A stretch of 64,000 nucleotides of DNA from Dehalococcoidia bacterium (GCA_965206315.1 OZ242210.1:1474822-1538821); one strand, 5' to 3'. Counted from the stretch's first letter, positions 8,998-18,800 are shown. The notes: generated from the sequence alone by a model not told the origin. A program made the numbers and translations.

Positions 8998-10971
8998 ATG
9001 ACCGCCGTGCTCGAAGACTACAAGAACGACCCCGTTGCCTTCGTCGAGGAGGTCCTCGGCCACCCCCCGCCCTACGAGAAGCAGCGGGAGATCCTCCGCA
9101 CCGTCGCCGATGAGCGCCGCACCAGCGTCGTCGGCGCCAACGGCTCCGGCAAGGACTGGGCCGCCGCCCGCACCATGCTCTGGTGGCTCGCCACCCGCCG
9201 GCAGGCCATCGCCGTCGCCACCGGCCCCACCCAGCGACAGGTCGAACAGATCGTCTGGCGCGAGATGCGCGCCGCCTGGAAAGCCTCCAACGTCGACCTC
9301 GGCGGACGCATGAGCGGCTCCCAGTGGAACATCGCCGACGACCGCTACGCCATCGGCTTCTCCACCAACAAGGCCGACAACCTCCAGGGCTTCCACTCCC
9401 CGGAGCTCCTCGTCGTTGTCACAGAGGCCCACGCCATGCCGCAGGACCAGATGGAGGCCCTCAAGCGCCTCTACCCCGCCCGCATGCTCCTCACCGGCAA
9501 CGCCTTCTCCCGTGACGGCGAGTTCTTCGACTCCCACCACACCAAGCGCCACATCTACACCGGCGTCACCATCTCCGTCTACGACACCCCCAACTTCACC
9601 GGCGAGAACGGCGGCGCCCCCGGCATGCCCACCGAAGAAGACATCGAGGAGCGCAAACTCGACTGGGGCGAGGACCACCCCCTCTACCAGGGCTCCATCC
9701 TCGCCAAATTCCCCGACATGCTCGACGACTCCCTCCTCTCCCGCTCCGCCATCGAAGCCGCCGTCACCCGCTGGGAAGAGGGGGGAGAGGGCAACGCGCT
9801 ACGCGCCCCCGTCCCCCTCCCTCGCCCCCTGGGAGAGGGGGAGGAACCCTCCGCCCCCGTCCCCATCCCTCGCCCCCCGGGAGAGGGAAACGCGCCTTGG
9901 CACGAGGGTGAGGGTTCCCCTGCGTCCCCCTCTTCGGCGCTGTCGCGCCCGCCCTCACCCGCCGCTGCTGCGCGGCTCCCTCTCCCCCAAGGAGAGGGGG
10001 AGGAACCCTCCGCCCCCGTCCCCATCCCTCGCCCTCTGGGAGAGGGAAACGCGCGCCAGCGCGAGGGTGAGGGTTGCCCCCCGCCCCCTGATCCCACCCC
10101 TCGCCCCCTGGGAGAGGGAAACGCGGTTCACCGCGAGGGTGAGGGTGTTCCCCACCGCGAGGGTGAGGGTGTTCCCCACCGCGAGGGTGAGGGTTGCTCC
10201 CCGCCCCCCGATCCTTCCCCTCGCCCCTCGGGAGAGGGCGATCTCCCCACCCCTCGCCCCCTGGGAGAGGGAAACGCGCCCCAGCGCGAGGGTGAGGGTG
10301 CCCCCCGGCGCGTGGGTGAGGGCCCCCGCCTCGGCGTCGACGTCGCCCGCTTCGGCTCCGACCACACCGCCCTCTGCGTACGCCGAGGCTGGCGCGTCGA
10401 GTCCCTCCGCTCCTTCTCGCGCGTCGACACCATGCGCACCGCGGGTGAGGCTGCCGCACTCGTACGCGACCGCGACATCCCTGCCGTCTTCGTCGACGAG
10501 GGCGGCCTCGGTGCGGGCGTCGTCGACCGCCTCCGCGAGCTCGAGGTCCCCGTGCACGGCGTCCAGTTCGGCGGCAAGGCCCGCCAGTCCGGACGCTTCG
10601 CCAACAAGCGCGCCGAACTCTTCTGGGAGCTCCGGCGCCTCTTCAACGACAACCTCATCGCCATCCCCCGTGACGAGGAGCTCATCAGCCAGCTCCTCGG
10701 CCTCCGCTACGACGTCACGAGCGCCGGACAGGTCAAGATGGAGAGCAAGTCCTCCCTGCGCCGCCGCGGCCTCCGCTCCCCCGACAAGGCCGACGCCCTT
10801 GCCCTCGCCTTCATGGAGCCCCCCTCGCTCCAGATCTGGACCGGCCCCCCGTCCGTCGTTCCTGCGGAGGCAGGAACCTCGCATTTGCCCCCCGTCCGCG
10901 ACTCCACCTCCTGGCCCTCCTCCCCCTCCACCTCCCCCGAAACCCTCCGCAACCGCTTGGGGGTGTGGTAA
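8998..10971 (+). CDS. phage terminase large subunit-like protein, interrupted in frame by a REP array (possibly decayed or domesticated)
   Basis: N-terminal ATPase part with a Walker A-like VVGANGSGKD and a Walker B-like ELLVVVTEAH. C-terminal RNaseH-like nuclease part GVDVARFGSDHTALCVRRG ... KADALALAF. Residues about 262-440 are a translation of REP units (PLGEGNARQREGEG). The ORF tail reads into a family-C hairpin (VVPAEAGTS). Confidence 0.7.
   Translation: MTAVLEDYKNDPVAFVEEVLGHPPPYEKQREILRTVADERRTSVVGANGSGKDWAAARTMLWWLATRRQAIAVATGPTQRQVEQIVWREMRAAWKASNVDLGGRMSGSQWNIADDRYAIGFSTNKADNLQGFHSPELLVVVTEAHAMPQDQMEALKRLYPARMLLTGNAFSRDGEFFDSHHTKRHIYTGVTISVYDTPNFTGENGGAPGMPTEEDIEERKLDWGEDHPLYQGSILAKFPDMLDDSLLSRSAIEAAVTRWEEGGEGNALRAPVPLPRPLGEGEEPSAPVPIPRPPGEGNAPWHEGEGSPASPSSALSRPPSPAAAARLPLPQGEGEEPSAPVPIPRPLGEGNARQREGEGCPPPPDPTPRPLGEGNAVHREGEGVPHREGEGVPHREGEGCSPPPDPSPRPSGEGDLPTPRPLGEGNAPQREGEGAPRRVGEGPRLGVDVARFGSDHTALCVRRGWRVESLRSFSRVDTMRTAGEAAALVRDRDIPAVFVDEGGLGAGVVDRLRELEVPVHGVQFGGKARQSGRFANKRAELFWELRRLFNDNLIAIPRDEELISQLLGLRYDVTSAGQVKMESKSSLRRRGLRSPDKADALALAFMEPPSLQIWTGPPSVVPAEAGTSHLPPVRDSTSWPSSPSTSPETLRNRLGVW
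9775..10325. repeat. REP-like array inserted inside the terminase-like ORF
   Basis: About 10 family A/B units. They include cgcgagggtgagggtgttccccac repeated in tandem (10130-10200). Confidence 0.8.
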
Positions 10972-11530
10972 TGGGGAACACCACTCATGGCGCTATCGCG
11001 CCCGCCCTCACCCGCCCGCTATCGCGGCCTCCCTCTCCCCCAAGGAGAGGGGAGGGGACCGGGGCCCCTTCGCTATTCCCTTCCCCTCGCCCTCCGGGAG
11101 AGGGAAACGCGGTTCACCGCGAGGGTGAGGGTTGCCGCCCTTGCCTGCTCCCCTCGCCCCCTGGGAGAGGGAAACGCGCGCGAGCGCGAGGGTGAGGGCT
11201 GCCCCCGCCCCTCGCCGGGAACACCCTCACCCGCCACTTCGTGCCTCCCTCTCCCAGGGGGAGAGGGGAAAGAATGAAGGCGCCCGCCTTCCCATCCCTC
11301 GCCCCCTGGGAGAGGGCAACGCGCCCCAGCGCGAGGGTGAGGGTTGCCCTGTGCGCCAGCACGTGGGTGAGGGCTGCTCCCCTCGCCCCCTGGGAGAGGG
11401 AAACGCGCCCCAGCGCGAGGGTGAGGGTTGCCCTGCGCGTCACCGCGTGGGTGAGGGCTGCCGCCCCTGTCTGGCCCCTCGCCCCCTGGGAGAGGGCAAC
11501 GTGCGTCAGCACGTGGGTGAGGGTTTAAAA
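10850..11530. repeat. mosaic REP-like repeat array
   Basis: Family C hairpin (10855-10880), then alternating B and A units up to the DUF559 start. Confidence 0.8.
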
Positions 11531-11537
11531 TCCCCCC

Positions 11538-11885
11538 ATGGACTTCACCTCGAGAGCCCGCGGCCTCCGCCGCACCTCCACCGATGCGGAGCGACTGCTA
11601 TGGCAGCGGGTACGCAACCGAGCACTCGACGGGCACAAGTTCCGCAGACAGGTCCCCATCGGCCCATACATCGCCGACTTCGTCTGCGTCTCCGGAGGAC
11701 TGATCATCGAACTGGACGGGAGCCAGCACCACGAACAAACACCTGAAGACCAAGAGCGCACGCGATCGCTCGAAGGCGCCGGCTACCGCGTCCTCCGCGT
11801 CTGGAACAACGACGTCCTCCATCGCATGGACAAAGTACTGAACGCAATCATGGCCGAACTGAACGCAACCAAGGAGGACAGCTGA
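11538..11885 (+). CDS. DUF559 (Vsr-like) endonuclease domain protein
   Basis: Motifs TDAERLLWQRVRNR..GHKFRRQVPIGPYIADFVC....IIELDGSQH.........D..R...LEGAGYRVLRVWNNDVL are typical of the DUF559 family. Confidence 0.9.
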   Translation: MDFTSRARGLRRTSTDAERLLWQRVRNRALDGHKFRRQVPIGPYIADFVCVSGGLIIELDGSQHHEQTPEDQERTRSLEGAGYRVLRVWNNDVLHRMDKVLNAIMAELNATKEDS

Positions 11886-12500
11886 TGTGGAGTGTCAGTG
11901 GCGCTGTCGCGCCCGCCCTCACCCGCCGCTACGCGCCGCGCTTCAGCGCGCCCCCTCCTCCCCCAAGGAGAGGGGAGGGGACCGGGGCCCCCTGTCTGAC
12001 CTCCCTCGCCCCCTGGGAGAGGGAAACGCGCGTGAGCGCGAGGGTGAGGGTTGTCGCCACCGCGAGGGTGAGGGTGCCCCAGCTGATGTGGAGTGTCAGT
12101 GGCGCTGTCGCGCCCGCCCTCACCCGCCGCTACGCGCCGCGCTTCAGCGCGCCCCCTCCTCCCCCAAGGAGAGGGGAAAGAATGAAGGCGCCCGCCTTCC
12201 CATCCCTCGCCCCCTGGGAGAGGGAAACGCGCGCCAGCGCGAGGGTGAGGGTTGCCCCCTTGCCTAGCTCCCTCGCCCCCTGGGAGAGGGAAACGCGGTT
12301 CACCGCGAGGGTGAGGGTGTTCCCCCGGGTGAGGGTCGCCCATTGTCTGGCCCCCTCGCCCCCTGGGAGAGGGAAACGCGCGCCAGCGCGAGGGTGAGGG
12401 TCGCCCCCTTGCCTGCTCCCCTCGCCCCCTGGGAGAGGGAAACGCGGTTCACCGCGAGGGTGAGGGTTGTCCCCTCCGTGAGGGCGAGGGTTGCCCCCTA
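11886..12500. repeat. mosaic REP-like repeat array, including a 98-nt direct duplication that starts inside the DUF559 stop region
   Basis: 11879-11976 and 12080-12177 are identical (cagctgatgtggagtgtcagtggcgctgtcgcgcccgccctcaccc...). Family A units follow each copy. Confidence 0.8.
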
Positions 12501-12506
12501 TCCTCA

Positions 12507-12535
12507 TTGACACACGCGCCGTCCGCTGGTAGAAA
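12507..12535 (+). promoter_or_regulatory. candidate promoter of surface-protein paralog 2 (TTGACA-17-TGgTAGAAA)
   Basis: TTGACA at 12507-12512 and TAGAAA at 12530-12535. Same architecture as 4516-4545. Confidence 0.5.
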
Positions 12536-12749
12536 GAACCTTGCGTGTTGACGCAGGCACATACACGAGGCGATTGGCCGGAACTGCTCTCTGCATCCTA
12601 TTGCAAGGGCGGCGGCTCTCGTTGGACAATAGCATCCCTGCCATGCCGCGCAGCACTTTGCGCGCACGCAGACACAGACGAATAACGGACCACCCTGCTC
12701 TCGGAGAGAGCGCCAAGCCCAAGACTACAGCTCCATAAGGGGGGTAGAA
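12536..12749 (+). promoter_or_regulatory. conserved 5' leader of paralog 2
   Basis: Nearly identical to 4546-4759. Confidence 0.5.
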
Positions 12750-15677
12750 GTGAGATTCACCAAGATTCCGCTCATAGCGACATTGATGGCAGTGGCGCTC
12801 TCGCTGCTCATCGTTCTCCCGGGACTCGCACAGTCCTCTGGCTACGACGACACCCGGGGTACGCTCTCCAGCGGCTCCAGCCTGACGGTTTCTGTCGTGG
12901 ACACGCTTGGGACGACGTTGACTGGCGACCGCACTGGCTTCGAGGACACCGGAGCAGAGGTGCTTGCCGGCTCCTACTTCAACGGCACTCTCTACGTCTC
13001 GAACGACGATGACGCGCACAACCTGGTGCGGATCTCCGCTGTGGGCGGCTCCACCACCGAGTTCGCGGGGCCGTCCGGCTCTACGACGGATGTTCCCGAT
13101 GCTGCCAATGACACGCCGGATGACCCGACCACGGACGCAAACGAGTTCGCCGCCGCTTTCGACGAATCATCGGACAACGTCGACTGTGTCGTGGCGACGG
13201 TGCGGAACAACCGCAGCGGAAAGCGGATCAGCGTCAGCCTGAACAACGACACTGCGAATTCCACAGGACTCCTGAACTCGGTGGTCTTTGCGGTCGTCCC
13301 GAACGGCTTGGAGGAGATGAACAACGGCACCAGGGCGTGCGGCGAGGAAGCCGCTGATGACCCGGTGGCGGTTACTACACTCAGTGCCACTGACGGCACC
13401 GCCGTAACGGGTGCCACGGACACCGCAGACGGCGCGCGCATGCCGGCGCGCCACGGCGACACCCTGACCATCACGGTGAGGGGCGTCTCCGGCAGCATCA
13501 CCATCAAGGTCGACGCCGAGGGGCCGGAGTTCTCCGAGATCTCCCCCGAGCACGGCGCCTTCATCAGCTCCCAGACCGTCAAGTTCCGCTTCGTCGTCAG
13601 CGACTCCGACTCCGGTCTCGCGCACGACGGCGAGCTCGACTACTCCCAGGGCGACCGGGACGCGCGCGCCTACAACACCGACGGCGACAACTTCACGACC
13701 TCCGAGCCCCGCTCCGTGGTAACCACCGGCCAGTCCCGGGATATCCAGGTGATGATGGATGGCGGCGACCAGAGCGGGAACGGCAGCAGCGGCTGGCGCC
13801 AGCGCGGCGACCGGCCCGGCGTCTCCTACTTCCTGGACATGGCCGTCACCAACGTTTCTGAGGGCTCCAACCCCTGGTACCTGCAGGCCACCGACCGCGC
13901 GGGCAACACGGACCGCACCGACTCCAGCGCGAGCAAGGACGGCGACCAGCCCTTCAGCCTGACCGTCGACGTCTCCTCGCCGGAGTTCAGGGACGCCCGC
14001 ACGGGCATCTCCTACGACTCCGACAAGAAGAAGGAGGTCGTCAACCGCTCCTACATCGCGGTGACGTTCGAGGACGCGGACAGCCTCGATGCCGTGATGA
14101 ACATCGACCACACCAAGTTCCTCGTCGAGGATGCCGAGGTCGTCGGCGCCATCCACCTCTCCGACGACTCGGACTGCGACGAGGACGAGCCTCTGGACAT
14201 AGACGGGGTCTGCATCACCGACGACCAGGTGCCGGGCTCCCGCATCTACCTTGAACTGGCCGAGCCGCTCGCCCCCGACGCCGCACCCCTGGTTTCCATG
14301 TTTGGCGGCGCCGCGCTCGACCTCGCCGGCAACCCCAGCAACCAGGATGAGGTTACCGCAGCGGACAACATCGCTCCGGCCATCACGGTCACGATCGCCA
14401 CGGAGGTCGGCGACCGCCCGGTCATCAGGAACAATGGCGAAGTCACCGTCAGCATCAGCTCGGACGAGGACCTGCGCCGCCTGCCGACCGTCTACTTCGC
14501 CGAAGTCGTGGTGCATGCTGACTCGACAGAGGCGAAGCCGGTCCAGGGTCTGGGCGGCGTGCGCCGCGGCGACCGCGTGCAGACCGGCTCGGACGACAAC
14601 TCCTGGATGCGCGTCTACAACAACGGCGACGTCGGCAGTGATGACGCGCTCTACACGGTCATCGTCGTCGCCGAGGACGACGCGGACAACGTCGGCTCCA
14701 CGCCTGGCTGGACGCGGGACAGGAAGACCAAGGTGCCCGAGTCCGGCCACAAGGCCACCCTCGCGGATCTCACGGCAGGCGGTCTGCTCTTGGAGATCGA
14801 CACGGCCGCGAACGCCGGCAACGACCCCGACTTCTCGCTCTCCCCGCAGTCTGATGAAGGCGAGACGGAGAGCAACAACCCGTACGTCACCATCGATCTG
14901 ACCGACGAGGAGAAGGAGTACAGCGCGGCGCTCAAGGGCGACTCGCACACTGCAGTTGCGCTCGTCTCCGTCACGCTGAACGGCAACGACGTGAGCGACC
15001 ACGTCGCCGAGGTGGAGGACAACAAGTACACGTTCGCTGGGCAGAACCTCGGCATCGGCGAGTACGAGTTGAAGGTCACCGGCCGCGACGACGTTGGCAA
15101 CGAGGTGTCGGACACCTACGAGTTCGAGGTCACGGCGCGGGCTGCGTACGAAGTGGACCTCATACCGGGCTGGAACCTTGTCTCGGTGCCGGGCACCCCG
15201 CTCGACTCCAGCGTCCAGTCGGTCATGGGCGACACCATGCAGGCAACCATCGTGCTGGCCTACCAGGACGACGCATGGCTCACCGCCGTCAACGACAACG
15301 GCACGTGGCGCGGGACCCTCACCGACATCGTCGGCGGCTACGGCTACTGGGTCCAGACCACCGCCTTCGAGTCCATCTCGGCCCTGATCCCGGAGACGGA
15401 CACCTCGTCCATCCTCCCGACGGCCAGCGTCATCGCGGGCTGGAACCTGCTCGGCGTCGTGGACGTCCTGCAGGCCGACGCCGGCGACCCGCCGTCCGGC
15501 GGCGATGAGGCCGACGACTACTTCGACAACATCGAGTGGAAGGTCGCCTACTCCTTCAACACTTCGGAGAACACGTGGGCGAAGTCCATACCGGGCGACG
15601 GCGACAACGACGACGAGATCGTCAACGGCAAGGGCTACTGGGTCTGGAGCACGGAGGCCGGCACGCTGGTCCCGTAA
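12750..15677 (+). CDS. large acidic secreted protein, surface-layer-like family, paralog 2 (975 aa)
   Basis: GTG start. The first ~70 nt of the CDS are identical to paralogs 1 and 3. The protein ends NGKGYWVWSTEAGTLVP. Confidence 0.85.
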   Translation: MRFTKIPLIATLMAVALSLLIVLPGLAQSSGYDDTRGTLSSGSSLTVSVVDTLGTTLTGDRTGFEDTGAEVLAGSYFNGTLYVSNDDDAHNLVRISAVGGSTTEFAGPSGSTTDVPDAANDTPDDPTTDANEFAAAFDESSDNVDCVVATVRNNRSGKRISVSLNNDTANSTGLLNSVVFAVVPNGLEEMNNGTRACGEEAADDPVAVTTLSATDGTAVTGATDTADGARMPARHGDTLTITVRGVSGSITIKVDAEGPEFSEISPEHGAFISSQTVKFRFVVSDSDSGLAHDGELDYSQGDRDARAYNTDGDNFTTSEPRSVVTTGQSRDIQVMMDGGDQSGNGSSGWRQRGDRPGVSYFLDMAVTNVSEGSNPWYLQATDRAGNTDRTDSSASKDGDQPFSLTVDVSSPEFRDARTGISYDSDKKKEVVNRSYIAVTFEDADSLDAVMNIDHTKFLVEDAEVVGAIHLSDDSDCDEDEPLDIDGVCITDDQVPGSRIYLELAEPLAPDAAPLVSMFGGAALDLAGNPSNQDEVTAADNIAPAITVTIATEVGDRPVIRNNGEVTVSISSDEDLRRLPTVYFAEVVVHADSTEAKPVQGLGGVRRGDRVQTGSDDNSWMRVYNNGDVGSDDALYTVIVVAEDDADNVGSTPGWTRDRKTKVPESGHKATLADLTAGGLLLEIDTAANAGNDPDFSLSPQSDEGETESNNPYVTIDLTDEEKEYSAALKGDSHTAVALVSVTLNGNDVSDHVAEVEDNKYTFAGQNLGIGEYELKVTGRDDVGNEVSDTYEFEVTARAAYEVDLIPGWNLVSVPGTPLDSSVQSVMGDTMQATIVLAYQDDAWLTAVNDNGTWRGTLTDIVGGYGYWVQTTAFESISALIPETDTSSILPTASVIAGWNLLGVVDVLQADAGDPPSGGDEADDYFDNIEWKVAYSFNTSENTWAKSIPGDGDNDDEIVNGKGYWVWSTEAGTLVP

Positions 15678-15695
15678 CCGCAGGCTGAAACCTAT

Positions 15696-15723
15696 CCCCG
15701 CGGAGGTTGCTGCCTCCGCGGGG
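15696..15723 (+). terminator. perfect 11-bp hairpin between paralogs 2 and 3 (ccccgcggagg-ttgctg-cctccgcgggg)
   Basis: Read from the sequence. No T-tract, so it could be an attenuator, a processing site or a stabilizer. Confidence 0.4.
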
Positions 15724-15738
15724 AACGATGAAAGAGAA

Positions 15739-15804
15739 GAACGGACCACCCTGCTCTCGGAGAGAGCGCCAAACCGAAACTACAGCTCCACAAGGGGGGT
15801 AGAA
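15739..15804 (+). promoter_or_regulatory. truncated copy of the conserved leader (translation-initiation module) upstream of paralog 3
   Basis: aacggaccaccctgctctcggagagagcgccaa..c..aa.actacagctcca.aaggggggtagaa matches the 3' ~65 nt of the leaders of paralogs 1 and 2. No promoter boxes are present. Confidence 0.5.
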
Positions 15805-18800
15805 GTGAGATTCACCAAGATTCCGCTCATAGCGACATTGATGGCAGTGGCGCTCTCGCTGCTTATCGTGCTGCCGGGTATCGCGCAGACCGGCGACCTC
15901 ACCGACGGCAAGCAGTCCAGCGGCGTTGTCGACGTTGGTGTCTTCGACGACATCACGGACGCGCAGATGGCCAAGCTGACGAACAGCGCGAGCGACGTCG
16001 CGGGAGTCGACAGCATCGACTCCGGTGTCTTCATCCCCAGAGACACCCCTGTGCGCCAACACGGCACTGAAGCCGTCCACTCCTCGGGCGACCTCGCATA
16101 CTTGGCCGAAAACACAGTCTCCCCCCAGGACACGTTCTTCAAGAACACGCTCTACGTCTCCAACGATGGGAACGCCTACAACACCGTCCTCATCAACGTT
16201 AGGAGCGACGAAACCGCCACCTGTGACACTACCGACGGTACCGTTGCCAACGTGATGGCGACGGTGCGGAACAACCGCGCCGGCGGGGACCCGATAACGC
16301 TCGAGCTCGCCCTGTCGAGCACTGCTGGCAACTTCCAGGCGTTCTTCAAGGTCGTCGAGGACGGTGATGAGGGCACCCTCGTGGATGCTACCGGCACTGC
16401 GGTTGCGGGTGAAGACCCCGTCCCGTTCACCGAGCACGGCGGCCCGACGTGGTGTGCGGACACCAGCACCTACGACCACGACGACGACACCACCACCACA
16501 GAGATCCAGCGTGAGAGCACAGCGGCTACCGCGGGCTACAACCCGGTGCAGCAGGACCCGAATGCGAACCCGCCGACCCGCGGGGAGATTGCGACGATCT
16601 TCGCAGACCACGGCGACCGGCTGACCATCACGACGAACGCCGGTTCCGGCCAGATCGAGCTGGTGGTCGACGGCGAAGGCCCTGAGTTCACCGCCGTCAC
16701 GCCGGACGACAACGCGGTGTTGGAAGCCAGGGACGTCACGTTCAGCTTTGAGGTGCGGGACGACGACTCCGGCCTCCGCCACGACGGCGAGAGCGTCATC
16801 TCCCCTGACGGCGACTACGACGAGATCAATCCGGACGGCGACCACAACCTCGGCTCCGAGCCGCTCTCTGTGGACCCGGAGACGGCGGTCAACTCGAACG
16901 GCGAGTCCGCGGACATCGACGTGAACGTTGCGCCGAACCCGCGGAGCAAGACCGAGACGCCCACCGACCCGGAGTGGGACGACATCAGCGCGTCCGGCAC
17001 GTGGCGGATGGCCGGCAACCGCGCGGGCGTCGCCTACGCCTTTACGGCCGGCGCTCACAGGAACGATGACGCGTCCTACCTCTACCAGATTGAGGCCACC
17101 GACCGCGCGGGCAACAAGAACGCGACCGACGCGGAGTCCGACACGGACAACGTGGATGAGCCGTACGTCTTCCGCGTGGACAACACGGACCCCGACCTGA
17201 TCGATGCCCGGACGGGCATCACCTGGGACTCTGACAAGGACACGGAGGTGGTGGACCGCTCCTACGTCGCGCTGACGTTCAACGACGGCGCCGACGGCGG
17301 CGGGGACCCGCTTGGCGACGTCGACACCGACAACATCACCGTGGTCGGCTACACCATCGTGGGCTTCATTCACCCGAGTGAGAGGCCGGCCATCGACAGG
17401 AACCTGGGCATCCCGAAGCGGGCGAACTTCTCACCCACCAACATCCGGTACACGCCCGCTGAGCCATCCGGCACGCGACCGTCGCTGGTAGAGCCCACCA
17501 ACGACAATGCGTACACTGCGGCTTTGGCCGTGACGCCGGACTCAGACCGGACAACCGCGCAGAACAATCTTCTGCTCCTTGAGGGCCGGTTCGTTCACTA
17601 CGCGATAATCGACGCGCAGCCTGACGAGGCCAATGGGGACTCGCCGGAACCCGCCGAGCCGACCAGCACAGAGCCCGACTGTGACGACCTTGGCGAACTC
17701 ACCGCCGCCAACGTGGAGCTTTGTGGACAATGGGACCAGCACGAGATAGACAAGGCTGCGTATGACGCTGCCGAGGATGCCAAGGAAGCGGCAGACGAGG
17801 AGCACCAGGCTGCCGTCGACGCGTACAACGCTGCCCCCGGCAAGGACATCGTGGGCGGCGACATCGCAGACCCGCGCTCCCGCGTCTACGTGGAGCTCTC
17901 CGAGGACCTCCCGGCCGACGCCGAGCCGGATGTGGTGGTGATCGGCGGCGCGGTGCATGACCTTGCCGACAACACCAACGACGCGAAGACGGTCGATTCC
18001 GAGGACTGGATCGCGCCGAGCCTGACGGTGACCGTAACGGGTACCGCGAACGACCGCCCGGTCATCAACGGCGATGGCTCGTTCTCGATCGATGTGCGGT
18101 CGGACGAGGACCTGGCACGGCGCCCGGTGGTCTTCTTCGTGAGCATCGCAGCCACGCAGACCGAGGGCGAAGACACGGAGACAACCAACGACGACGAGTA
18201 CGAGTATGCCATCGATATGAGGGACGAGGCCTCCGCGCTGACGCAGGCGGAGGATGAGAACCACTGGACCAAGAAGTACAAGAGGTCCAGCATCGATGAC
18301 AGCGTCGGCACCGGCCTGATAGGCATCGTCGTGCTCGGCAAGGACTCGGAGGACAACTCCGGCGCGACGACGGGCTGGTCGCCCGACATGCACCGGAACG
18401 CCGGGAACCCCGCTGCGGACGACGAGCTGACTCTGTCCAAGATGGACGACGCGGGCCTGCTGGTCGAGATTGACGAAGAGTTCAACGCCGACGTGGACGA
18501 GGACCTCGGCGAGGTGACGCCGCGGAGCGACGACAAGGCGACCACGGAGAGCGCCAACCCGTTCGTCAAGCTCACCTTCGGGAACGAGGGCAAGGAGTAC
18601 AGCCTCGACGGGTTCAGCGGCGCGGACTCGCACAAGACCGTTACCGTGACGGAGATTACGCTGAACGGCGACGACGTCATGGCCCACCTGAACCGCGTGA
18701 GCTCGACCGAGTTCTCACTGGTGCTGCGCGACCTCGCGGTCGACTCCTACGAGGTCGTGTTCACGGCCGAGGACGATGCGGGCAACGAGTTGGAGGACGG

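Noticed and set aside
9781-10320. Treating in-frame preservation of the terminase ORF across the REP insert as proof of function.
   Set aside because: Stop codons are nearly absent from these repeats in every frame, and frame retention has a one-in-three chance expectation. It is reported only as an observation.
8340-12500. CRISPR array interpretation of the repeat fields.
   Set aside because: Several different repeat families are intermixed in both orientations, the spacing is irregular, the 'spacers' are often themselves repeats, the units are hairpins typical of REP/BIME elements, and no cas genes are present.
8410-12513. Many 60-570-aa ORFs inside the repeat arrays (for example 8410-8949 -, 9416-11128 +, 9764-10459 -, 11132-11746 +, 11783-12343 -, 11885-12397 +).
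   Set aside because: They are translations of REP units (PLGEGNARQREGEG, SPRGRG, ALTRRYAPRFSAPPPPPRRGEG). All six frames are open there, and there are no SDs or domain signatures.
15505-15804. 100-codon N-terminal extension of paralog 3 overlapping the end of paralog 2.
   Set aside because: Homology to paralogs 1 and 2 places the start at GTG 15805 with the conserved SD. The extension is Arg/Thr-rich and out of frame relative to paralog 2.
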